Source of the DNA: an uncultured Lachnospiraceae bacterium
GTDB lineage: Bacteria > Bacillota > Clostridia > Lachnospirales > Lachnospiraceae
NCBI GenBank assembly: GCA_964572475.1
Contig: CAZNEZ010000006.1
Location: 6,389 to 70,388, forward strand
Reading direction: 5' to 3'
DNA: 64,000 bases
The notes beneath the pieces were generated by a model. That model ran no database searches and was not told the origin of the DNA. It saw nothing but the letters and a program-made list of their open reading frames with translations. Below, piece by piece: positions 1 to 10,220 of this stretch (positions within the stretch are counted from its first letter, which is position 1; each line of letters starts with the position of its first letter). The position numbers and the translations under genes are program-made.

Positions 1-470
1 TGAAGGAATTAAATGAGAATCAGAGTAATTTTGCTGTTCACAATGACAAAATATACGATTTTGATTTGAATTATGGAATATATGTATATGATAGTGAATT
101 TATGAATGGTAAACCATTGGTAGAAAATAATATTAATAGAGAAGGAATAGTATATACAGATGATAATTACATATATCTACTAGTTGCTAATGATTCAGGA
201 GATAAAAATAATCCGTATTATAATAAAATAATATATATATATGATTTTAATGGTAAAAAGTTAGGTGAAAGTGAATTGTCAACAAGGGACAAGCCCATAA
301 GTGGTTTAAATATAATCAATGGTACTATATTATATGAAAAATCGGAGTACAATATAGAGAAGAGCTATAGAATGCAATATCAGTATGCAGTTAATGTTGA
401 GGATATTATTAAAGGCAATAAGATATATGAGGATAATATATTTACATATGAAGGGTCACTGATTATGTAA
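1..470 (+). CDS. hypothetical protein, C-terminal fragment (5' end outside window)
   Basis: Frame 3 is open from the window edge (KELNENQSNFAVHNDKIYDFD...) into the listed 66..470 ORF, so the TTG at 66 is probably internal. Y/N/G/D-rich strand-like repeats (GIYVYD, YIYLLV, IIYIYD). No catalytic motif recognised. Confidence 0.45.
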   Translation, partial: KELNENQSNFAVHNDKIYDFDLNYGIYVYDSEFMNGKPLVENNINREGIVYTDDNYIYLLVANDSGDKNNPYYNKIIYIYDFNGKKLGESELSTRDKPISGLNIINGTILYEKSEYNIEKSYRMQYQYAVNVEDIIKGNKIYEDNIFTYEGSLIM

Positions 471-486
471 TAAACTGAGGGAGAAG

Positions 487-1356
487 TTGACTATGGAATT
501 GGAATTTAAAGAATTATCAAAACATTATGGTAATAAAATTGCATTGACTAATTTTAGTGTTAAAATGAGGTGTGGCATCTATGGAATAATAGGACCAAAT
601 GGAGCTGGTAAAAGTACATTAATGAACCTACTTACAGATAATATATCTCGAACCTCAGGAGGTATTTTATACAATGGTACAGATATACTTTCATTAGGTA
701 GTTCTTTTCGTGAATTAATAGGATATATGCCTCAACAACAAGGACTATATGATAATTTTTCTGCAAAAAGGTTTTTATTGTATATGGCAGGACTAAAGGG
801 TATTAAAAAATCAAAAGCTAAAGAAGAGATAACATTTTTACTGAATCTTGTTGGTCTTACTAATGAGGCACATAGAAAGCTATCAGGATTTTCCGGAGGA
901 ATGAGGCAAAGGGTAATGCTTGCAGCAACATTACTAGGGAATCCTCAGATTATTATTTTGGATGAACCAACGGCAGGACTTGACCCTGAAGAAAGAATAA
1001 GAATACGCAATTTTATTTCTAAGATTGCAATGGATAGAATTGTAATCTTAGCCACTCATGTTGTCAGTGATATTGAATGCATTGCTGGTAAGGTGCTTCT
1101 CCTTAAGAATGGAAAGCTGTTGGATATGAAGACGCCAGCAGAGTTAATTGCTTCTATTGAAGGAAAAGTATACGAAAAAATCTGTAATCAAAAAGAACAG
1201 GAAGAGTTAAGCAAATGCTATAAGATAGGAAATATTAATCAAAGAAAAGATGGAGTATACGTTAGAGTTATAGGTGATATAAAGCCTGAAGGATTTGAGG
1301 AAGTTAGCAGCAATATTGATTTAGAGGATGTATATTTATATTATCTTGAAAAATGA
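487..1356 (+). CDS. ABC transporter ATP-binding protein
   Basis: Walker A GPNGAGKST, signature FSGGMRQR, Walker B IIILDEPTAGLD, H-loop ILATHV. Start is TTG 487 or ATG 493. Confidence 0.9.
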   Translation: MTMELEFKELSKHYGNKIALTNFSVKMRCGIYGIIGPNGAGKSTLMNLLTDNISRTSGGILYNGTDILSLGSSFRELIGYMPQQQGLYDNFSAKRFLLYMAGLKGIKKSKAKEEITFLLNLVGLTNEAHRKLSGFSGGMRQRVMLAATLLGNPQIIILDEPTAGLDPEERIRIRNFISKIAMDRIVILATHVVSDIECIAGKVLLLKNGKLLDMKTPAELIASIEGKVYEKICNQKEQEELSKCYKIGNINQRKDGVYVRVIGDIKPEGFEEVSSNIDLEDVYLYYLEK

Positions 1357-1377
1357 ATAATATAATTCAGTAAGTAT

Positions 1378-3645
1378 ATGAAATATATTTACTTAGGATA
1401 TTCATTTTTTAGAAAGGTACGATTATTTATGGAGACATTAAGAGTTTACAAAAGATCGGTATTAGGAATTATTATTATCCTGTTTATGATCAATTTATTT
1501 TTCTTTGTTCAACAAGAGGGCAATATTTCTGAGGAAGAGATGATATATGGAGAAAATTATGATTATACAGAGTATATAAAGAATAGTGATAACGAATATA
1601 GCAAGGCAATTAAATATTATACAGGTTGGGATAATGATAGTATTATGACAGATGTAAATGAAAAACTTAGTGTACTTTCTACAGAAAATGAAACTGATAT
1701 ATATAAAATAAATGCCTATAATAGAGTTGTTGAACAGATAGAATATTATAAAGAGTATAAAACGAAGTACCAAAATATTTGTGATAATGCCAAGCAGATG
1801 TCTAGCATAGAAATTTTTGCAGAAAACAACTCATATTCAAGATTAAATATAGAAAAAACGGTTGAGGATTTCAAAAAGGTATCAAATGTAAAAACAGAGA
1901 TTGTTAATGATAAAGTAATTGATGTATGGTCTGATTACGAGATTACAGATTATATAGTATTGTTAATTATGATTCTAATAATAATGCAGTTTTTGAGTGA
2001 AAGAAAGATTGGATTATGGAGTATAATACATAGTTTGAAAAAGGGAAGACTAAGTTTAACAATTAAAAGAACGGGAATACTTGCTATTTCATCTGTTATA
2101 ATTTCCGCTATATTTTATTTATCAACGCTTTTAATTTCAATTAATATGTATGGAGCAATAAATTGGTCTGCAAGTATACAATCTATTCAGAGCTTTGAAA
2201 ATTGTTCTATACCACTTAATATAGGAGAATATATTTTGAGCGTATACCTTATTAAGGCAGCAGGTATATTTACGATTGCTGTTTTGATATGGATTATACT
2301 ATCGGTTATATCTAAGATGAATATTGCTATTCTTATTACAGCTATTATAATGGGGGCTGAATACATATCATATGTTAAGGTTACAGATATAAGCAATATG
2401 GTTCTTTTAAAATATATTAATCCCTTTGCATTTTTAAATACAAATAATTTATTTAGAAATTATCTTAATATTTTTATATTTGGTAAGCCTGTTTTTATAT
2501 TAAACTTTTGCATAGTAGTTTTACTTTTGCTGTGCATTGTAGGGGTGGGTGTTAATATTATTGTCAATCCTAGAAAATATCCAGTAAGTTCACCTAACAT
2601 AATAGAAAAGTACACTGACAATATCAGCAGGTGGCTCAATAACTTTGTTAATGGAACTAACATATTTCTTCATGAGGGATATAAACTGTTGTGGGCGCTT
2701 AAAGGTATAATAGTAGTGATGTTTGTTATTTGTATAGCACTTTTATCACAGAACTATAAACCATTACTATATGATGGCGTTTCTACTAATCTTAATAAAT
2801 ACTATAAGGAGCTATTAAATGTAAGTATAGAAGATTCGGAGCAATATTTTGATAAGTGGCAGGAGGAAATTGATGAGTTAAGTTTAAAACCTGAAATGTT
2901 TAATCAGATAGAAGATAAGAAAAAAGCACTTGATATAATATTAAAGCATAAGGATAAGCTAAAAGAGATTAAAGAGAATACAGGAATAGAAGTAAAATTC
3001 GTTAATCCATTTGGATATAATAGTTTAATTGGAGATGCAGGAGCAAAAAGAAGAGAGAAAAATGCTATGATTGAATTGTTATGTATAGCACTTATAATAG
3101 GAGGATTTGCATCTATAGATAAGCAAAACAATTCTATGGCAATAATAAGAACAACAAAAATGGGAATAAAAAAAACGTATGGAATTAAAATGATATGGAC
3201 ATTTATTGCTTCAATAATTATAGTAGCGCCAATTTCATATGTGGAATTTGAGAATGTAATAGGAAGAATGGGGCTTTCGGATTTAACAGCGCCTGTGCAG
3301 AGCTTTGTTGCACTTGGCAAATTCCCATTAAAAATCAGCCTGATTCAGTATATATTATTAATGTATATAGTGAGACTAATAAGTGCCTATATAGTAGGAA
3401 TAATTGTACTGGAAATATCAGAGATGTGTTCAAATACCAGAATAGGACAAATGCTAAATGTCTGTATTATTGTTGTACCAGCAGTACTTTTGTACATGAA
3501 TATAGATGAAGTTAAATATTTGGCCCTAAGTAATAGTGTAGGAATATCAGATATAAGTAAAGTTATACATATTGTTGTGCCTGTAGTTATTGCTATAGTA
3601 GTATTTATGATACGACATTGTAGAGAACATAAGGATAGAATATAA
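1378..3645 (+). CDS. large polytopic membrane protein, putative permease partner of the upstream ABC ATPase
   Basis: 755-aa ORF 22 nt after the ATPase. Two blocks of multiple hydrophobic helices are separated by a K/E-rich soluble segment. No named family recognised. Alternative start ATG 1429. Confidence 0.65.
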   Translation: MKYIYLGYSFFRKVRLFMETLRVYKRSVLGIIIILFMINLFFFVQQEGNISEEEMIYGENYDYTEYIKNSDNEYSKAIKYYTGWDNDSIMTDVNEKLSVLSTENETDIYKINAYNRVVEQIEYYKEYKTKYQNICDNAKQMSSIEIFAENNSYSRLNIEKTVEDFKKVSNVKTEIVNDKVIDVWSDYEITDYIVLLIMILIIMQFLSERKIGLWSIIHSLKKGRLSLTIKRTGILAISSVIISAIFYLSTLLISINMYGAINWSASIQSIQSFENCSIPLNIGEYILSVYLIKAAGIFTIAVLIWIILSVISKMNIAILITAIIMGAEYISYVKVTDISNMVLLKYINPFAFLNTNNLFRNYLNIFIFGKPVFILNFCIVVLLLLCIVGVGVNIIVNPRKYPVSSPNIIEKYTDNISRWLNNFVNGTNIFLHEGYKLLWALKGIIVVMFVICIALLSQNYKPLLYDGVSTNLNKYYKELLNVSIEDSEQYFDKWQEEIDELSLKPEMFNQIEDKKKALDIILKHKDKLKEIKENTGIEVKFVNPFGYNSLIGDAGAKRREKNAMIELLCIALIIGGFASIDKQNNSMAIIRTTKMGIKKTYGIKMIWTFIASIIIVAPISYVEFENVIGRMGLSDLTAPVQSFVALGKFPLKISLIQYILLMYIVRLISAYIVGIIVLEISEMCSNTRIGQMLNVCIIVVPAVLLYMNIDEVKYLALSNSVGISDISKVIHIVVPVVIAIVVFMIRHCREHKDRI

Positions 3646-3773
3646 ATTAGTATAAATAGTTATTATTGCAAAAATATTATAAAAACAGTTTAAAACAATT
3701 AGAAATCGGCTCAATATAAAGGACTTTATATTTTCTATAAAGAATGGTATAATGGAACTAATCATCTGTATAG

Positions 3774-5837
3774 ATGGAAGTGGAGATTATTATGAATAGA
3801 AAATTCAAAGTTAAAGGACAGTTGAAGACATATCTTCTTTGGCCAATATTTTTAAGTATATTACTTATAGTAGCAGATATAACAATATTTTTTATAAGCA
3901 TTCCGGCAGGAGTGATAGCCAGCTCAGCAACAGTAGTGTATCTAATGGTAGCAGTAGCTTTATATATCTACAATAAGACTATAATTATGAATGAATTGGT
4001 AGGATTTGCTACTGATTATGCCCAGATTCAAAAGAAGCTGCTACAAGACCTTACGATTCCCTATGGACTTATTGATATGGATGGAAAAGTTATGTGGAAG
4101 AATAAGGAACTCTCCAAGCTAATTCATAGAGAAGATGTTAAAGTACGTTCACTTTGTACGATGTTTGATGATATTTCAGAGGACAACCTTATATTTGATG
4201 GACAGATTAAAGAATTGAATATTAGATTTGAAAACAGAGAGTACAGGGTTGAACTTAAAAAGGTTGATGTTAAAGGAATCTTTAATAATGATAGTATTGT
4301 AGTGATGTCTAATGATGAAGATTATCTTATTGCTATTTATTTCTTTGATGAGACAGAGATTAAGCGTTTAGCAAAAGACAATATTGATCAAAAGATGGTT
4401 GCAGGTCTTATATATATTGATAATTATGAGGAAGCACTTGAAAGCGTAGAAGATGTAAGACGTTCACTTCTGATAGCACTTATTGATAGAAAGATTAATA
4501 AATATATTACGGGAATTAATGGAATTGTTAAGAAGATGGAGAAGGATAAATATTTTATAGCTATTCAGCAAAGATATGTAGAAACCCTTCAGTGTAATAA
4601 ATTTTCACTATTAGATGAAGTTAAGTCAGTAAATATAGGTAATGAGATGGATGTTACCATTAGTATCGGACTTGGTGTGAATGGTGAGAATTATATGCAG
4701 AATTGTGATTACTCAAGAACTGCTATTGATTTAGCACTTGGTCGTGGTGGAGATCAGGCTGTAATTAAGGATCAGGAGAAGATATATTATTATGGTGGTA
4801 AAACAAAACAGGTAGAGAAGAATACTAGAGTTAAGGCAAGAGTTAAAGCACATGCACTTAGAGAACTTCTTGAGACAAAAGATAAGGTTATTATTATGGG
4901 ACATAAGATTGGTGATGTTGATTCATTCGGCGCATCAATTGGGTTATATAGGGCAACTAAGACACTTAATAAAAAAGCATATATTGTAATTAATGAGATA
5001 ACGACATCAGTAAGACCTATGCTAGAGAGATTTGTAGGTAATTCCGATTATGAAGATGATATATTTATTAATAGTAGTGAGGCTCAGGACCTTGTAGATT
5101 CTAACACAGCGGTTATAGTGGTGGATGTTAACAGACCAAGTTATACGGAATGTCCAGAATTGCTGGAGCTGTCAAAAGCAACGGTTGTACTTGACCATCA
5201 TAGGCAGAGCAGTGAGATTATTGAGAATGCAGTTCTTTCATATATAGAGACCTATGCGTCTTCAACTTGTGAAATGGTATCAGAAATTCTACAATATATA
5301 CATGATGAAGTTAAGTTAAGACAGCCTGAAGCAGATGCTTTATATGCAGGTGTAATGATAGATACTAATAATTTTGCAGTTAAGACAGGTGTTAGAACAT
5401 TTGAGGCAGCAGCCTTCTTAAGAAGAAATGGTGCTGATATTACAAGAGTAAGACTTCTGTTTAGAAATGATTTTAATGATTTTCAGGCTAGAGCAGAAGC
5501 TGTTCATAATGCTGAAGTATATAGAGAAGAATATGCAATTACAGAATCTTCTTCTAATAATATAGAAAGTCCAACAGTTGTTGGAGCACAGGTAGCTAAT
5601 GAACTATTGAATATTAACCACATAAAGGCATCATTTGTGGTAACTAATTACAATAATATGATATATGTAAGTGCAAGGTCAATTGATAATTTAAATGTTC
5701 AGTTGGTTATGGAAAGGCTTGGTGGTGGAGGTCACATGAATGTGGCTGGAGCCCAGCTTTTGAATTGCACTATAGATGAAGCTAAGGACACTATCAAGCG
5801 CACACTAGACGAGATGCTTGAAGAAGGCGCAATTTAA
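3774..5837 (+). CDS. gdpP: cyclic-di-AMP phosphodiesterase GdpP (DHH/DHHA1 family)
   Basis: Two N-terminal TM helices. DHH motifs GDVDSFG, VVDVN, LDHHR and MIDTNNF; DHHA1 motif GGGGH. Conserved Firmicute synteny gdpP(yybT)-rplI-dnaB. ATG 3792 has the better SD (GGAG) and may be the true start. Confidence 0.85.
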   Translation: MEVEIIMNRKFKVKGQLKTYLLWPIFLSILLIVADITIFFISIPAGVIASSATVVYLMVAVALYIYNKTIIMNELVGFATDYAQIQKKLLQDLTIPYGLIDMDGKVMWKNKELSKLIHREDVKVRSLCTMFDDISEDNLIFDGQIKELNIRFENREYRVELKKVDVKGIFNNDSIVVMSNDEDYLIAIYFFDETEIKRLAKDNIDQKMVAGLIYIDNYEEALESVEDVRRSLLIALIDRKINKYITGINGIVKKMEKDKYFIAIQQRYVETLQCNKFSLLDEVKSVNIGNEMDVTISIGLGVNGENYMQNCDYSRTAIDLALGRGGDQAVIKDQEKIYYYGGKTKQVEKNTRVKARVKAHALRELLETKDKVIIMGHKIGDVDSFGASIGLYRATKTLNKKAYIVINEITTSVRPMLERFVGNSDYEDDIFINSSEAQDLVDSNTAVIVVDVNRPSYTECPELLELSKATVVLDHHRQSSEIIENAVLSYIETYASSTCEMVSEILQYIHDEVKLRQPEADALYAGVMIDTNNFAVKTGVRTFEAAAFLRRNGADITRVRLLFRNDFNDFQARAEAVHNAEVYREEYAITESSSNNIESPTVVGAQVANELLNINHIKASFVVTNYNNMIYVSARSIDNLNVQLVMERLGGGGHMNVAGAQLLNCTIDEAKDTIKRTLDEMLEEGAI

Positions 5838-5857
5838 CAGTTATAGGAGGCAAAAAG

Positions 5858-6307
5858 ATGGAAGTTATTTTACTACAGGATGTTAAACCATTAGGGAAAA
5901 AAGGTGATAAAGTCAAAGTTAATGAAGGATATGGCAGAAATTATATAATTCCTAAAAAGTTAGGAATTGAAGCTACAACTAAGAACATAAATGACCTTAA
6001 GTTACAAAAAGCCAATGAAGAGAGGATTGCATTGCAAAGACTTGAAGAAGCTAAGGACTTTGCTAAAAAAATAGAAGAAAAACCAGTTGTATTGCAGCTT
6101 AAACTTGGTGAAGGCGGTAAGATATTTGGCTCTGTTTCAACTAAAGAGATTGCAAAAGCAGCGAACGACCAGCTTGGATATGATATTGATAAAAAGAAGA
6201 TGGTATTAGACGAACCTATTAAAACAGTTGGTACACATATAATTCAGGTTAAGATTCATAAGGAAGTAACAGCAAAGTTGACAGTTAAAGTTATAGGACA
6301 AGAATAG
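5858..6307 (+). CDS. rplI: 50S ribosomal protein L9
   Basis: 149 aa. N-terminus [36 protein letters not shown] is typical of L9. SD AGGAGG upstream. Lies between gdpP and dnaB. Confidence 0.95.
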   Translation: MEVILLQDVKPLGKKGDKVKVNEGYGRNYIIPKKLGIEATTKNINDLKLQKANEERIALQRLEEAKDFAKKIEEKPVVLQLKLGEGGKIFGSVSTKEIAKAANDQLGYDIDKKKMVLDEPIKTVGTHIIQVKIHKEVTAKLTVKVIGQE

Positions 6308-6340
6308 ATATATATCCAGTAGGTAATGGAGGTTTATTAA

Positions 6341-7669
6341 ATGGACGAGGCTCTGATTAAACGAGTTCTACCACATAGTACAGAAGCAGAAAAGTCGGTT
6401 GTGGGCGCAATGATTATGGATAATGAAGCTGTGGTGGCGGCATCTGAACTTCTTTTATCAGATGAGTTTTATGGCAATCAGTATGGGATATTGTTTGAAG
6501 CTATGACAGAATTGAATAGAGAAGGAAAGCCGGTTGACCTAGTTACTCTACAGGAAAAACTTAAAGAAAAAGATGTACCAGCTGAACTTAGCAGCATTGA
6601 TTTTATTAGAGATATTGTTGCATCTGTTCCAACATCAGCTAATATTAAATACTATGCCAATATAGTTAAAGAAAAGGCAATGCTTCGTAAGCTTATTAAG
6701 ACTAATGAAGATATTATGAATGAATGTTATGTCGGAAAAGATAATCTTGAAGACATAATGAACGACACAGAAAAAAAGATTTTTGGACTTATGCAGAGCC
6801 GTTCTGGCGGTGATTATGTACCTATTAAACAAGTAGTAATAAATGCACTTGATAAGATTGAAGCAGCCGCTAAAACAGGAGGTAATATTACCGGTATTCC
6901 AACAGGTTTTATAGATCTTGATTACAAGATGTCAGGATTACAGCCATCAGATCTTATTCTTATAGCAGCCAGACCTTCTATGGGAAAAACGGCATTTGTG
7001 CTTAATCTTGCAGAGCATGTGGCATTCAGAAAAAATGTTACTACTGCTATTTTTTCTTTGGAAATGTCTAAGGAACAACTTGTAAATAGGCTTTTTTCAC
7101 TTGAATCAAAAGTTAATTCTCAGGCGCTTAGAACGGGTAATCTCAATGATTCTGACTGGGAAAAACTTATAGAAAGTGCTAATGTAATAGGAAATTCCAA
7201 CCTTATTATAGATGACACTCCAAGTATTTCTATTTCTGAACTTAGATCTAAGTGTAGAAAATATAAAATGGAACATAATCTAGGGGTTGTTATTATTGAT
7301 TATCTGCAGTTGATGTCTGGTTCAGGGAAGTCAGATAATAGACAACAGGAGATTTCTGATATATCAAGATCACTTAAAGCGTTGGCAAGAGAGATAAATG
7401 CTCCAGTTATAGCACTATCTCAGCTTAGCCGTGCTGTTGAACAAAGGCCAGATCATAGACCTATGCTTTCTGATTTGAGAGAATCTGGAGCTATAGAGCA
7501 GGATGCAGATGTTGTTATGTTCTTATACAGAGATGATTATTATAATAAAGAAAGTGAAGATAAAGGAATAGCAGAAGTAATAATTGCTAAGCAAAGAAAT
7601 GGTCCGATTGGTACAGTTAAGCTTTATTGGTTACCTGATTTTACAAAATTCGCCAATATGGAGAAATAA
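6341..7669 (+). CDS. dnaB: replicative DNA helicase DnaB
   Basis: 442 aa. Walker A ARPSMGKTAF, IIDYLQLM, SQLSRAVEQR, ESGAIEQDAD. SD GGAGG. Confidence 0.95.
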   Translation: MDEALIKRVLPHSTEAEKSVVGAMIMDNEAVVAASELLLSDEFYGNQYGILFEAMTELNREGKPVDLVTLQEKLKEKDVPAELSSIDFIRDIVASVPTSANIKYYANIVKEKAMLRKLIKTNEDIMNECYVGKDNLEDIMNDTEKKIFGLMQSRSGGDYVPIKQVVINALDKIEAAAKTGGNITGIPTGFIDLDYKMSGLQPSDLILIAARPSMGKTAFVLNLAEHVAFRKNVTTAIFSLEMSKEQLVNRLFSLESKVNSQALRTGNLNDSDWEKLIESANVIGNSNLIIDDTPSISISELRSKCRKYKMEHNLGVVIIDYLQLMSGSGKSDNRQQEISDISRSLKALAREINAPVIALSQLSRAVEQRPDHRPMLSDLRESGAIEQDADVVMFLYRDDYYNKESEDKGIAEVIIAKQRNGPIGTVKLYWLPDFTKFANMEK

Positions 7670-7682
7670 AAAACAAACTTTT

Positions 7683-7712
7683 AGGGATTTCGCAATTGAA
7701 ATCCCTTTTTTT
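7683..7712 (+). terminator. intrinsic terminator after dnaB
   Basis: AGGGATTT (7683-7690) pairs with AAATCCCT (7699-7706), 8-nt loop, then T6. Confidence 0.7.
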
Positions 7713-7787
7713 AATGCTATAATGTTATAAGAAAAAAGAAGCGCAAATAGCGGAAGCATTTTCCAGAATAGCAAAAAGGAGGATAAG

Positions 7788-8408
7788 ATGGGGGAGAAAC
7801 GTTACATTATTTCGGATGCATCTAGGATGGTAGATGTTGAAGCTCATGTTCTAAGATACTGGGAGGAAGAATTGGAGATAGAAATTCCCAGAAATGAAAT
7901 GGGTCATCGTTACTATACAGAGTTTCATATACAACTACTTAAATCTGTAAAAGAATTAAAAGAGCAGGGATTGCAACTTAAGGCTATTAAGATGATTATG
8001 CCTGAATTATTATCAGGTGAGGAAGTTTCAATAGATAAGGTAGTTGCTGCTCATGACATAAATTCTAATGAGATAGCTGTTAATAGTAATCAAAATATGC
8101 CAGAGATACATAAAAACATTAATGCAGGGACTAAAATTGCTCAGTTTCAACAAATTATTAATGAGGCAGTAAGTCAAGCAATGCTTAGAAATACGGAGAT
8201 TCTATCTGATAGTATTAGCGGTAAGGTAAATGAGGGAATGTCAAAGGAAATGGATTATCTTTTTAGAATGCAGGATGAAAGAGAGGATGAAAGATTTAAG
8301 AAATTTGATGAACTGGTAAGAGGATATCAAAGAGGAAGTAAGGAAGCGGCAATGACACTTGAAAAACCGAAAAAAAAGAGTAAATTTTTTAAAAAATATT
8401 CAAAATAA
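7788..8408 (+). CDS. MerR family transcriptional regulator
   Basis: N-terminal MerR-type HTH (YIISDASRMVDVEAHVLRYWEEELEIEIPRNEMGHRYYT) followed by a coiled-coil. C-terminal half is low complexity and K-rich. SD AGGAGG. Confidence 0.75.
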   Translation: MGEKRYIISDASRMVDVEAHVLRYWEEELEIEIPRNEMGHRYYTEFHIQLLKSVKELKEQGLQLKAIKMIMPELLSGEEVSIDKVVAAHDINSNEIAVNSNQNMPEIHKNINAGTKIAQFQQIINEAVSQAMLRNTEILSDSISGKVNEGMSKEMDYLFRMQDEREDERFKKFDELVRGYQRGSKEAAMTLEKPKKKSKFFKKYSK

Positions 8409-8411
8409 AAT

Positions 8412-8458
8412 AAAAAAGACTGTAGTGTAAGCCTTGCGGCATGCATAACAGTCTTTTT
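8412..8458. terminator. bidirectional terminator between the merR-like gene (+) and ferredoxin (-)
   Basis: AAAAAAGACTGT ... ACAGTCTTTTT: a hairpin with an A-run on the left and a T-run on the right, between two convergent genes. Confidence 0.55.
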
Positions 8459-8512
8459 ATAAGTATCGAAAGTTACTTTCGATTGCAAAAATCTTGCAAA
8501 TTAAATGTAATA

Positions 8513-8683
8513 TTATTCAGCTGAAATTGATTCTGTAGGACATGCAGCAGCACATGCACCGCAGTCTAAACATTCATCAGGATTGATTTCGTATTGTGAT
8601 TCTCCTTCGCTGATAGCGCCAACTGGACACTCAGCAGCACAAGCTCCACAGCTGATGCAGCCATCTGAAATTTTGTATGCCAT
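8513..8683 (-). CDS. 2x[4Fe-4S] clostridial-type ferredoxin (56 aa, absent from the ORF track)
   Basis: The reverse strand translates to MAYKISDGCISCGACAAECPVGAISEGESQYEINPDECLDCGACAAACPTESISAE. It has two CxxCxxCxxxCP cluster motifs and SD AGGAGGA 7 nt upstream (8691-8699 on the plus strand). Confidence 0.88.
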   Translation of the reverse strand: MAYKISDGCISCGACAAECPVGAISEGESQYEINPDECLDCGACAAACPTESISAE

Positions 8684-8818
8684 AATGATATCCTCCTTTG
8701 ATTGATGAACTTATTTTAATACAAAATCATATAAAATACAAGTCCTTGCATAAATTTAACATATGTAATATAATCTTATGCAAAAGGTGTGAACATTCAC
8801 GCAGAAAAGGAGATTATT

Positions 8819-9022
8819 ATGGCAACAATAAGTAAAGATATGATTATTGCTGATATCGTAGCAATAGATCCTAGTTTAATACAGGTATTAATGGCAAGCG
8901 GAATGCATTGCGTAGGCTGTCCATCAGCTCAAGGCGAGTCATTAGAAGAAGCGGCTTTAGTTCATGGAATTAATCCGGATGATTTAGTAGCTGGACTTAA
9001 TGAATTCTTAGCAACAAAATAA
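8819..9022 (+). CDS. DUF1858 / hybrid-cluster-protein-associated redox disulfide domain protein
   Basis: MATISKDMIIADIV...MHCVGCPSAQGESLEEAALVHGI: a small protein with a CxxC and the DUF1858 pattern. ATG 8819 is preferred over the listed GTG 8789 because of the SD AAGGAG. Confidence 0.7.
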   Translation: MATISKDMIIADIVAIDPSLIQVLMASGMHCVGCPSAQGESLEEAALVHGINPDDLVAGLNEFLATK

Positions 9023-9030
9023 TATATATT

Positions 9031-9078
9031 AAAAGGACTATTTATACCTTGAAATTGAGGTACAAATAGTCCTTTTTT
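9031..9078. terminator. bidirectional terminator between the DUF1858 gene (+) and mecA (-)
   Basis: AGGACTATTTATACCT pairs with AGGTACAAATAGTCCT (one mismatch), then T6. An A-run on the left flank serves the minus strand. Confidence 0.65.
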
Positions 9079-9113
9079 GAATAGAAATTACGCAAAAATC
9101 TGTTCGTCTTTTT

Positions 9114-9932
9114 CTAAAGTAGGGATAATTGCTGCATAGCATTATCTTTTAATATAGGTTTATAATGTTCTTTGTAAAATGATTCGCTGCTATATGTGGC
9201 TCTTTCAGGGACACCATATTCTGATAGAATGTTGCATACTCTATTAAAACCTTCTGGACTTTGATCTGATAGAGTAACCACAAGATAGTAGTGATTGTTC
9301 TTCAAGTTCTTGTATAGCGAATTCTTTCCTGAATATTGAGAAGTTGCTATTCGTGAAGCATTAATAATACAATTCAAATCTGAAAATCGATATATCTTAG
9401 TTAAATCAACCTTTATGATACTGTCAGGCTCTAGCGGATTCTTAACTCCATTAGAAGCTTTGGGTATTGAAGAAGACAAGCCTGATTCTGATAGTATATT
9501 CTGAAATGAAGAAGCTTTGTTATCCTTAGAAGCACTGTTAGCAATCTCTGATAGATTCTTAAACAAATCAACTACTTCATCAGCGCCAACAAACTCTTGT
9601 GATGATGGATCATCATCTAAATCAGTAAAGTCATCATCTTCCTCAGAAGGAGCAAATTTTGAGAACCTGGTATCAAGTTCTTCTGGGTCATCAACTTTAG
9701 TAATAATAAGAACGATACAATCTGTAGAAACAGGAATAGCTTCTATCATAAGAGGAATATCCTCGGCTTCAAATCCAAACTCGGCAGAAGCCTGCTGCAT
9801 CATATCTTTAAAAAGACCCTTTGCTTTTTCGGTACCGTATGCTAGTTCACTGATTTTAATCTGCCTGGAAGCCAGGTCCGATTTATTTAAAGTACACTTT
9901 ATCTGATTATCATTAATCTTTTCTATTTTCAT
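9114..9932 (-). CDS. mecA: adaptor protein MecA (ClpC adaptor)
   Basis: N-terminus MKIEKINDNQIKCTLNKSDLASRQIKISELAYGTEKAKGLFKDMMQQASAEFGFE...PLMIEAIP, an acidic linker, then a C-terminal domain. ATG 9932 with SD AGAGGTG is preferred to the ATG at 9959. Confidence 0.8.
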   Translation of the reverse strand: MKIEKINDNQIKCTLNKSDLASRQIKISELAYGTEKAKGLFKDMMQQASAEFGFEAEDIPLMIEAIPVSTDCIVLIITKVDDPEELDTRFSKFAPSEEDDDFTDLDDDPSSQEFVGADEVVDLFKNLSEIANSASKDNKASSFQNILSESGLSSSIPKASNGVKNPLEPDSIIKVDLTKIYRFSDLNCIINASRIATSQYSGKNSLYKNLKNNHYYLVVTLSDQSPEGFNRVCNILSEYGVPERATYSSESFYKEHYKPILKDNAMQQLSLL

Positions 9933-10114
9933 AAAAGACACCTCTTTTCTGTTGTCCAAGACAACGGGTAAAGAACATTAAAGTATCTTATCCTATATTA
10001 TATAGTATAAACCATTTTTAATTCATCTGTAAAGCCTATATTGATTAAAAAACTGTAAATTAATTACGGCAAAATATGTTAAAAATTTTAAAAATAATAT
10101 TATGAAAATAATGC

Positions 10115-10143
10115 TTGCATTATTATATGCATTAGGTTATAAT
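10115..10143 (+). promoter_or_regulatory. sigma-A type promoter upstream of the kinase cluster
   Basis: TTGCAT (10115-10120), 17 nt spacer, TATAAT (10138-10143). Confidence 0.5.
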
Positions 10144-10220
10144 TTTTTACATGAGATATCACATATTGTATGTATGATAACTGAAAGGAGGAAGTAATTA
10201 TACTCGAAGAAGGAACCGAG

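Noticed and set aside
9517-9906. 129-aa plus-strand ORF antisense to mecA. Similar antisense or alternate-frame ORFs occur elsewhere: 1495-1773, 2904-3320, 15926-16282, 25048-25347, 26590-26928, 30559-30879, 31916-32920, 55105-55467, 55720-56145, 58737-59039 and 63480-63662.
   Set aside because: All lie entirely inside high-confidence genes on the other strand or in another frame. They have low-complexity or hydrophobic compositions typical of AT-rich antisense frames and lack SD sequences.
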